DNA of 64,000 nucleotides. Origin: a bacterium UBP6_UBA1177 (GTDB lineage: Bacteria > UBP6 > UBA1177). The notes under the pieces were generated by a model that saw only the letters and a program-made list of their open reading frames with translations, did not search any database and was not told the DNA's origin. Shown here piece by piece: positions 1-6,458 of the stretch. Positions within the stretch are counted from its first letter, which is position 1. The number at the start of each line of letters is the position of its first letter. A program made the position numbers and the translations under genes. The stretch covers positions 12,596 through 76,595 of the forward strand of contig DBYV01000055.1 in assembly GCA_002310995.1 (NCBI GenBank), written 5' to 3'.

Positions 1-367
1 CGTGCTTTTTGATAAGGTCGTTGTTGTAGTCGTCAGCGCTTGCGCAGCCTACGATACCGTACTGTTCGTGACCGTTCATGACCTGGCGGTAGATGTAAAG
101 ATGAGGTTCCTTGTCCTGAACAAGAACACCTTCCTTCATCATTTTCTGGAAGTTCTCTTTTCCTTTTGCATAGACGCTGTCGTCATAGAGATCGGTTCCT
201 TTCGGAAGGTCGATTTCGGGCTTGTTGATGTGAAGGAATGAGATAGGGTTGTCTTTTGCAAGTTCCCTTGCTTCTTCCGAATTGAGAACGTCATAAGGAT
301 AAGCCGCGACTTTGGAAGCGATTTCGTCACGCGGTCTGATAGCTCTGAAAGGTCTTACTGTTACCAT
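1..367 (-). CDS. DUF1015-family protein, N-terminal 122 codons (gene continues past the left edge)
   Basis: Absent from the ORF track because it is open at the window edge. The reverse complement of 1-367 reads without stops from the ATG at 367-365: MVTVRPFRAIRPRDEIASKVAAYPYDVLNSEEARELAKDNPISFLHINKPEIDLP...HEQYGIVGCASADDYNNDLIKKH. This fits my memory of the DUF1015 N-terminus. A GGGGGA RBS lies 6 nt upstream. Confidence 0.7.
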   Translation of the reverse strand, partial: MVTVRPFRAIRPRDEIASKVAAYPYDVLNSEEARELAKDNPISFLHINKPEIDLPKGTDLYDDSVYAKGKENFQKMMKEGVLVQDKEPHLYIYRQVMNGHEQYGIVGCASADDYNNDLIKKH

Positions 368-443
368 GGATTCCCCCTGAAATTAAAAGTTAATAAACAG
401 AAAACGGCACTTCTTATTATTGTAGCACCTTTTTGTCAAGTCT

Positions 444-522
444 CTAGGAACAGGGAATCTAGGGAATCTAGAGAATCTAATGTCCCTAAACACCCTAGAC
501 ACCCTAAACTCCCTACTCCCTA
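444..522 (-). repeat. 9-bp-periodic TAGGG/CCCTA array (about 9 units) abutting the cysC stop codon
   Basis: Minus-strand reading: TAGGGAG TAGGGAGTT TAGGGTGTC TAGGGTGTT TAGGGACAT TAGATTCTC TAGATTCCC TAGATTCCC TGTTCCTAG. The first TAG (520-522) is the cysC stop codon. On the plus strand, CTA recurs at 459, 468, 477, 486, 495, 504 and 513. Confidence 0.9.
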
Positions 523-1032
523 ACAGTTCAAATAGTTGAGCAGTTTTCTGAAGGATTCATCAACAGTTTCGTTGTCGGTTTTTATGGTGAGCTCAGAATT
601 AAGCGGCGGTTCATAAGGATCGTCGATTCCGGTGAAAGAAGTGATTTCCCCTTTTCTCGCCTTTTTGTAGAGCCCTTTCACATCGCGTTTTTCGCATGTT
701 TCAAGCGAGGTCGCGACATAGACTTCGATAAAATTTTTACACATTTTTCTGACGAAGTCGCGTGATTCGCGGTAAGGCGAAATGAAGGATGCCACAACCG
801 TAACGCCGTTGCGCTCAAGCATTGAAGCAAGAAAACCCATCCGTTTGACATGCTCGTCGCGGTCTTTTTTGGAAAATCCGGTCTGCGGAAAGATGTTCCG
901 CACTGTATCGCCGTCAAGAAGCTCGCATTTCACGCCAGAATTTTTGAGATAACTGACAAGTTTTTCGGCAAGAGTTGTCTTTCCGGCGCCCGAAAGTCCG
1001 GTAAACCAGATGACACGCGGTTCTTCAGTCAT
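520..1032 (-). CDS. cysC: adenylyl-sulfate (APS) kinase
   Basis: 170-aa ORF with P-loop GLSGAGKTT, LDGDTVR, FISPYR and KGLYKKARKGEITSFTGIDDPYEPP. It matches the APS kinase family along its full length. Its start overlaps the upstream ORF by 8 nt. Confidence 0.95.
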   Translation of the reverse strand: MTEEPRVIWFTGLSGAGKTTLAEKLVSYLKNSGVKCELLDGDTVRNIFPQTGFSKKDRDEHVKRMGFLASMLERNGVTVVASFISPYRESRDFVRKMCKNFIEVYVATSLETCEKRDVKGLYKKARKGEITSFTGIDDPYEPPLNSELTIKTDNETVDESFRKLLNYLNC

Positions 1033-1579
1033 TTTTCTCCCCGGCTTCGGTTTTTACGGCGTTTTCATCGGTTTTCGGCGCGGCAGTTTCAGACGGTTCA
1101 GATTCAGTTTCGGCAGGTTTTTGTTCAGGAGACGTTTCAGATGACGTTTCTACAGGTTCTACCGGTTCCGCCTTTTTCTCTTTCGTTATAAAAACCAGCG
1201 TCTGCGGCATAATATTTTTGACATCAAGAGCCGAAAAAGAGGAAGCAAGAAGGCTTTCGTCAATAGTTCTGCTTATCTCACCTGCCTTTTCAGAAGAAAA
1301 ATCAAAATTTATCACCAAATCTTCGTTCTTGATCTTCCTGAGTTCGAAAAAATTACCGTTCACCTTAACTTCGACATGGTCAGTACTGGCCGAAACAAGT
1401 ACCTGATCCGAAGAAATCTTCGTATCAAACCTGACGGAATAGATTCTGGGAATCGGTTTTAAGCAGAATGAAAGCATGAGAAAAACGGCCGCACATGCCG
1501 CTGCAATCGCTTTTTCACGCAGATTATGGGTGAATATCCTTTTAAAGCGTTCCTGTGACGATGAAGTTGTTATGTTCAT
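1025..1579 (-). CDS. membrane-anchored CdaR/YbbR-like protein (putative CdaA regulator)
   Basis: 184-aa ORF starting 9 nt after cdaA. It has one N-terminal TM helix (AIAAACAAVFLMLSF), a beta-rich segment of about 100 aa and an E/P-rich tail. Position and topology fit the regulator that usually follows cdaA. A sequence-level YbbR match was not verified. Confidence 0.5.
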   Translation of the reverse strand: MNITTSSSQERFKRIFTHNLREKAIAAACAAVFLMLSFCLKPIPRIYSVRFDTKISSDQVLVSASTDHVEVKVNGNFFELRKIKNEDLVINFDFSSEKAGEISRTIDESLLASSFSALDVKNIMPQTLVFITKEKKAEPVEPVETSSETSPEQKPAETESEPSETAAPKTDENAVKTEAGEKND

Positions 1580-1588
1580 TTCACCCTC

Positions 1589-2380
1589 CTAAAGTCTGTT
1601 CGAAAGCTGCTGTTTGAGCGCGTCCTTGCTGAGGTCGCGCGTTATTCTGCCGCCGTGGAGAAGCGAAATTTCACCTCTTTCCTCGCTGACAACAATAACA
1701 AGTGCATCGGGAACCTTCTCGCTGATACCGTAAGCGGCGCGGTGCCTCGTTCCGAAGTTCGGGTCAATATCAGGATTTGTGCTGAGTGAGAAAAATACCG
1801 AAGCCCTGGCAATTCTCTTATTTTTGATTATTACAGCGCCGTCGTGCAAAGGGGAATTCTTTTTGAAAATCGTAAGAAGAAGCTCCCTTGTAATGAGAGA
1901 ATCAATCTCCGTTCCCTCGGCTATTGCTCCGATTTTCGCATCGGCAGACGGCATTATTACAACAAGTGCTCCCTCGCGGACTGAGGCAAGATAATCCATT
2001 GCATTTGCTATATGGCTTACAATATCTTCTTCGCCGGAGTACCCTTCCTGCTTCATGCTGATGCCAAGAATACTCATTGAAGCAAGCATGTTCTTGATTT
2101 CATTTCGGAAAACAACAATTATCAGCACTGGAGCATAGAAAAAGAAATTCCCGAGAAACCAAGTGATCCCGGTGAGATCGAAAATCCGGGCAAAAATGTA
2201 AAAAATAGCCAGCAAAGCAAAACCAGCCGTTACCCTGATTGACTTGCTGTCTTTGATTTCGACAAAAAAGAGATAAAAAATGAAATAAATGCAACAGAAA
2301 TCGACTGCCGACTTGAAAATGAAAAGCGGTAGAGAATCGCTTCCCGCGACAGCCAGCAGAAATTCCGAAAAAGTTAACAT
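1589..2380 (-). CDS. cdaA: diadenylate cyclase CdaA (c-di-AMP synthase)
   Basis: Three N-terminal TM helices followed by DAC-domain motifs LHDGAVII, GTRHRAAYGISE and VVSEERGEISL. An AAGGAG RBS precedes the ATG at 2380. Confidence 0.9.
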   Translation of the reverse strand: MLTFSEFLLAVAGSDSLPLFIFKSAVDFCCIYFIFYLFFVEIKDSKSIRVTAGFALLAIFYIFARIFDLTGITWFLGNFFFYAPVLIIVVFRNEIKNMLASMSILGISMKQEGYSGEEDIVSHIANAMDYLASVREGALVVIMPSADAKIGAIAEGTEIDSLITRELLLTIFKKNSPLHDGAVIIKNKRIARASVFFSLSTNPDIDPNFGTRHRAAYGISEKVPDALVIVVSEERGEISLLHGGRITRDLSKDALKQQLSNRL

Positions 2381-2415
2381 GACGGCTCCTTACCTCCAGA
2401 ACAAATAATCATTGA

Positions 2416-2443
2416 ATTTTACGAGTTAAAACTGACAAGTCAA
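2416..2443 (-). promoter_or_regulatory. sigma-70-type promoter cassette copy 1 (upstream of cdaA)
   Basis: Minus strand: TTGACT (2443-2438), 16-nt spacer TGTCAGTTTTAACTCG, TAAAAT (2421-2416), then TCA. Nearly identical to the copies at 6430-6457 and 10370-10397. Confidence 0.55.
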
Positions 2444-2501
2444 ATGAATGGTAAAAAGGATATTTTCTTGTTGGAATCGTTAGAACTGAATATTTCCGAC
2501 T

Positions 2502-4082
2502 TTAGACAAACAGCATCGAACAGCCGTCGGATTTGCTTTTTTTATCGGGAACATCTCCATTTTCACTCTGGGTATCAGTATCAACGGCATCTTCTACATC
2601 AGAATTTCCGGAATCTTCATCGTTTTCACCGCTATCCGAAACATCGCTGTCTGTGTCAGTTTCCCCCGTATCAGAAGTATCAGTATCGTCACCGCTGCTG
2701 TTTTCGCTGTCTCCCCAGTCGATTTCCGAGCAGTTGACATCATTTCCGTTAACTTTAAAACACCGGCATAAATCATCAGCTGTTTCGACATCTTCATAAC
2801 TGTCTACCAGCTCCTGACCTACAACAAGTTCGGCCATCATTGTCAAATTGAATGTTTCTCCGGCCGTAAAATTGATATTGTTCTCGAAAACAACTTGAAA
2901 TTCACCAACACCTGCTTCACCATATTCTGTGGAACCCTGTTTGTTTGAGGCAACAAGGCACTCTCTGGCAAAAACATGACCATCGGTATAACGGTAATCA
3001 TAAACCTGAGTGACAGGGGCAAACGGCATTTTGTCAAGTTCCTCTTCAATCATGTAATTAAGGTAATAAACTGGAATAAGAACAAAAACAAATGTCGAAA
3101 CATAACCTGAGTGGTCAATATCTCCAAGCGCGCTCAATGCCACCCAATTCCTTGTGTCGGGATCTGTATTCTGAATAGTGTATTCATGAAAAAATATGTT
3201 GGAAGAGAGTGTTTTATCTTCCACTCCGACAAGTTCTGCCGTTTCAACTGTTGCGTCATAGAGATTGCTCAGATCCTCACGGTTTATACGTCCTTTTCCT
3301 TTGAATGCGAAATAATGCTCGGCATCGCCGCTCTCAGGGTCAGTATTGTTGTCTTCCCACTCAATCGCCGAGCAGTCAACAGGCGTGTTATCTTGTGGAC
3401 TGGAACATTCACAAAGGTCTTCCAAAGTTTCAGCATCTTCGTAATTGCCAAGGATGTCGTTGCCTGTGACAAGTTCAGCGTTCATTGCAAGAGTGATTTT
3501 TTCTCCAACTGAAAACTCAGTATTTTGACCCTGACAAACTTGAATTTTGCCGACTCCGGCATTGCTGAATTCATCGTTACCGGCCTTTTTGTTTGAGGCT
3601 ATCAAACATAATTTGATGTAATTATTATCTTTGGAAAGAGCAATATCGTAGACTTCGACAACAGGTGCGACCGAAAGAGTGTCAGTATTTGTTTCCTGCA
3701 TGCGTTCAAAATAACTTTGAGGGATACGGGCAAATACAGCTGTTGTAAAATAAGCAGTATCCATGTCTGGATCTCCCAAAGCCGTCAACAGCACGCCGCT
3801 GCCTTCGTTTTCGGAGTCGTATTCCTCAAAAAATGAGAATTCGTCTGCATAATCCAGATCCCTTCCACTGATTCCTACAAGTTTAGGTGTCGCTGACAAT
3901 ACATAATTCGGGTATTCTTCATTCGCTGCATTGATTTGTCCGACACCATTGAATGCAAAATAATGCACTGCATTACTCCCGAGAATCGAGTCATCCATCT
4001 CACACGATGTCTGTGCGGCAAGAAATCCTGATGTAAGTAAAACCGCCGTAAAAATAAAAACCGTGAAAAATAGTTTCTTCAT
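2502..4082 (-). CDS. secreted protein with two tandem ~210-aa modules of an unrecognised domain, an acidic D/T/S tail and C-terminal KSDGCSMLFV
   Basis: A GGAGG RBS lies 7 nt before the ATG at 4082, so the track start at 4106 is less likely. The signal peptide is MKKLFFTVFIFTAVLLTSGFLAAQ. Both modules begin HYFAF.G.G.IN and end DLC.C....V.CS.I.W.D. The tail ends ...PDKKSKSDGCSMLFV. Confidence 0.8.
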   Translation of the reverse strand: MKKLFFTVFIFTAVLLTSGFLAAQTSCEMDDSILGSNAVHYFAFNGVGQINAANEEYPNYVLSATPKLVGISGRDLDYADEFSFFEEYDSENEGSGVLLTALGDPDMDTAYFTTAVFARIPQSYFERMQETNTDTLSVAPVVEVYDIALSKDNNYIKLCLIASNKKAGNDEFSNAGVGKIQVCQGQNTEFSVGEKITLAMNAELVTGNDILGNYEDAETLEDLCECSSPQDNTPVDCSAIEWEDNNTDPESGDAEHYFAFKGKGRINREDLSNLYDATVETAELVGVEDKTLSSNIFFHEYTIQNTDPDTRNWVALSALGDIDHSGYVSTFVFVLIPVYYLNYMIEEELDKMPFAPVTQVYDYRYTDGHVFARECLVASNKQGSTEYGEAGVGEFQVVFENNINFTAGETFNLTMMAELVVGQELVDSYEDVETADDLCRCFKVNGNDVNCSEIDWGDSENSSGDDTDTSDTGETDTDSDVSDSGENDEDSGNSDVEDAVDTDTQSENGDVPDKKSKSDGCSMLFV

Positions 4083-4107
4083 ATAAGCCTCCATAAATAA
4101 GCACAAA

Positions 4108-4136
4108 ATTATAATCTTTTTTTAAGTGTTCTGCAA
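4108..4136 (-). promoter_or_regulatory. putative promoter of the 2502-4082 gene
   Basis: Minus strand: TTGCAG (4136-4131), 17-nt spacer, TATAAT (4113-4108), about 25 nt upstream of the start codon. Confidence 0.45.
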
Positions 4137-4204
4137 CAATATAGATAGCCTAAATCGAGCGTGATAACACGATTTATCTCATTGAAATTTAGGAATATAA
4201 AAGA

Positions 4205-5032
4205 TTAGACAAACAGCATAGAACAGCCGTCCGATTTGCTTTCTTCTTTTTTATTACCGTCTGAAGCATCTTCTTTCGGAGCTTCGGTATTTGCAGTATC
4301 GCCAGCATCAGTATTTGCGGCATCAACTTCTTCTGCGTCAGTACTATCGGCAGTGTCATCTTCCGGTGCCGGTGAAATGACTTCTGTGTCACCATTATCA
4401 CCGGTATCTGCCGTATCAGTGATATCAGTATCAGCAGTATCAACAGTATCTGCTGTGTCCGCTGTATCAACGATATCGCCGCCGTCGTCGGTATCAACGG
4501 TGTCTGCCGTGTCAGCACCATCGTTAGCTTCAAGAGCACATTCTGCACAACATTCGTCTGCGAAATCTACACAATTTTCTTTGAGACATTCATAATCTAT
4601 TTGGGCTCTTTCAAAAAACAAGCAGCAACCATTATAAACCATTTCCTTTGTGCGATTCCATTCGTCTGATTCAACTTCAATTCTTATTTCATCTTCTGTC
4701 ATGTACCCTGTATTGAAAAAATTATTTTTGCAATGTGACCTTTCCGAAGAATAAGTGATGCAGTAATCAAGTTTATCACCGCATTGATTGATAACTGTCG
4801 GTTTCTCTTTGCCGCAATTGTTCTCAAGATACGACTTACAGAGTTCTTCATCAGCTTCCTCGCCGGTCAAATCTCCACTGAGTTTGCCTACTCCTCCGGC
4901 AAGCCTTTGGCAATTACATACATATTCGTTGCCTGAAAGTTTGCAATCTCCGGCTTCATTTTCACATATAACATCCTCTGCAGAAACAAAGAACGAAAAG
5001 AACAAAATTGATAGAAACATAACTTTTTTCAT
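4205..5032 (-). CDS. secreted Cys-rich protein with a (D-T/A) repeat tail and C-terminal KSDGCSMLFV
   Basis: A GGAGGA RBS lies 5 nt before the ATG at 5032. The signal peptide is MKKVMFLSILFFSFFVSA. The body of about 170 aa has about 20 Cys, including CC pairs. The acidic tail reads DTADTVDTADTDITDTADTGD and ends ...KKEESKSDGCSMLFV. No family recognised. Confidence 0.8.
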   Translation of the reverse strand: MKKVMFLSILFFSFFVSAEDVICENEAGDCKLSGNEYVCNCQRLAGGVGKLSGDLTGEEADEELCKSYLENNCGKEKPTVINQCGDKLDYCITYSSERSHCKNNFFNTGYMTEDEIRIEVESDEWNRTKEMVYNGCCLFFERAQIDYECLKENCVDFADECCAECALEANDGADTADTVDTDDGGDIVDTADTADTVDTADTDITDTADTGDNGDTEVISPAPEDDTADSTDAEEVDAANTDAGDTANTEAPKEDASDGNKKEESKSDGCSMLFV

Positions 5033-5069
5033 GGGTTCCTCCAAGATGGAAATGACTAAAAAACGCTGA

Positions 5070-5097
5070 ATTATATTAAATTTGATGGGATAAACAA
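5070..5097 (-). promoter_or_regulatory. putative promoter of the 4205-5032 gene
   Basis: Minus strand: TTGTTT (5097-5092), 16-nt spacer, TATAAT (5075-5070), then TCAGC, the same post -10 context as the cassette copies. Confidence 0.4.
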
Positions 5098-5177
5098 GGA
5101 GGGAAATCAGATTATCCCTTAAACGCCCTGATTGTTTCTTGAGCGGCGGCCTGATGAAATGACTTCGACGATCGCGG

Positions 5178-5195
5178 GACAGCCGTCTGATTTGC
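5178..5195 (-). other. orphan copy of the tag-coding sequence AGCAAATCNGACGGCTGT (SKSDGC) without a gene body
   Basis: Minus strand reads AGCAAATCAGACGGCTGT. It differs from 2520-2537 and 4223-4240 only at the Ser third position. An in-frame TAA lies 2 codons upstream. It sits between the folP stop and the 4205 promoter. Confidence 0.7.
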
Positions 5196-5206
5196 TCTCT
5201 TAAAAC

Positions 5207-6403
5207 TCAAAAAGCCGACGGCTCCTTTAAAGCGTTGAATATTTCCAAAGTATCTTTTGCTTCTTTTACATCGTGGACTCTTATGATTGCAGCACCTTTT
5301 TCCAAAGCGATTGTGTCAAGTGCGACTGTTCCCGCAAGCCTTTCAAACGGATTTTTTCTTCCACAAATCGCTCCGATCATGCTTTTGCGGCTGAAACCTA
5401 GAGCTATGGGATTAAGGCATGAGAAGAAAACTTCCAGATGTTTTATTATCGCCAGATTGTGTTCAAGGGTTTTGCCGAAACCGATTCCCGGATCAATTAT
5501 GATTTTGCTTTCAGGAAGACCTTTTGAAAGGAGCGTTTCTTTTGATTTATTGAAAAAATCGAGCATTTCACTGAACAAATTTTCGTAAACCGGATTTTCC
5601 TGCATATTTTTAGGCGAGCCTTTGATATGGCCGATTACAACAGGCTTTCCCGTATCGGCACAGACTGAAGCCATTTCCGAATCAAAAGTGAGGCCGCTGA
5701 CGTCGTTTATGATCTCAGCCCCGGCGTTTACAGCAGCTTCAGCAACGGAACTTTTCACAGTGTCGATTGAAATCACAGCCTTGGGAAACTGTTTTTTTAT
5801 CTCGCTGATTACAGGAACGACGCGATTTTTCTCGGTTTCAGCATCGACTGAATCACTTCCCGGACGCGTAGATTCACCGCCGACATCAATAATATCGGCG
5901 CCGTTTTCAAGCATTTCGGAAACGTGTTTCAAAGCATCATCGATGTTTGTCCAGCTTCCGCCGTCTGAAAAAGAATCGGGCGTGACATTCAGAATTCCCA
6001 TGATATTCGGGCGTGTCGTGTCGATTCCGGGGTGCGAAAAAGAAAACCACGGCTTCTGCAAGCAGACAAATTTTTCAACAAAATTCGCAACTTGAGTCAA
6101 TTTCCAGCACTGAGCTTTCATGCGTGAGACAAATTCCGGGATTTTGTCGCTTCTCAAAGAAAAAACGAAATCGCTTTTCGGTTTCGAGCAGTTTACAGCA
6201 TGCGCCGGAACCGCAGCTTCTCCGCCGAGCGAAAGAACTTCCTGCTTCACAACATTTGCCGCCGGAGTCGAGATATCGGACACCATGAAAGTTTTTATCG
6301 AAAAACGTCCCCGCATGATCGCTGTTCCCGCTGCGGAAACTCCGATCTTCTTCATCAGATAGGCGTATTCTTCGTCCTGAACATTGAAAGGAAAGACCTG
6401 CAT
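5207..6403 (-). CDS. folP: dihydropteroate synthase with an N-terminal extension of about 125 aa
   Basis: Pterin-binding DHPS motifs IMGILNVTPDSFSDGG, DIIDVGGESTRPG, INDVSG and DPGIGFGK. The extension contains ANVVKQEVLSLGGEAAV, which I recall from other long FolP proteins. Confidence 0.85.
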   Translation of the reverse strand: MQVFPFNVQDEEYAYLMKKIGVSAAGTAIMRGRFSIKTFMVSDISTPAANVVKQEVLSLGGEAAVPAHAVNCSKPKSDFVFSLRSDKIPEFVSRMKAQCWKLTQVANFVEKFVCLQKPWFSFSHPGIDTTRPNIMGILNVTPDSFSDGGSWTNIDDALKHVSEMLENGADIIDVGGESTRPGSDSVDAETEKNRVVPVISEIKKQFPKAVISIDTVKSSVAEAAVNAGAEIINDVSGLTFDSEMASVCADTGKPVVIGHIKGSPKNMQENPVYENLFSEMLDFFNKSKETLLSKGLPESKIIIDPGIGFGKTLEHNLAIIKHLEVFFSCLNPIALGFSRKSMIGAICGRKNPFERLAGTVALDTIALEKGAAIIRVHDVKEAKDTLEIFNALKEPSAF

Positions 6404-6429
6404 TTAAGCCTCAAAACAAAAACCGCTGA

Positions 6430-6457
6430 ATTTTACGAGTTATACTGAACAAGTCAA
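6430..6457 (-). promoter_or_regulatory. sigma-70-type promoter cassette copy 2 (upstream of folP)
   Basis: Minus strand: TTGACT (6457-6452), spacer TGTTCAGTATAACTCG, TAAAAT (6435-6430), then TCA. The -35 begins 2 nt after the stop codon of the 6459-8153 gene. Confidence 0.55.
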
Positions 6458-6458
6458 T

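Noticed and set aside
444-522. Telomere or linear-replicon end, because of the TTTAGGG-like units
   Set aside because: The array is short and internal, flanked by ordinary genes on both sides, and a second copy lies mid-window. It shows no terminal structure.
2440-2504. Stop-codon read-through that would extend the ...GCSMLFV tag into a normal TM + basic sorting signal. The same idea applies to 4141-4207.
   Set aside because: Translating past the TAA gives SRKYSVLTIPTRKY... in one gene and SFIFLNFNEINRV... in the other. These are neither hydrophobic nor conserved between the two genes, so the short tag is the real C-terminus.
4236-4595. Ser-rich ORFs antisense to the acidic tails (4236-4595, 2533-2799, 31142-31405, 58106-58405)
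   Set aside because: They are a compositional mirror of the GA(T/C)-rich D/T/E linkers on the coding strand and are not independent genes.
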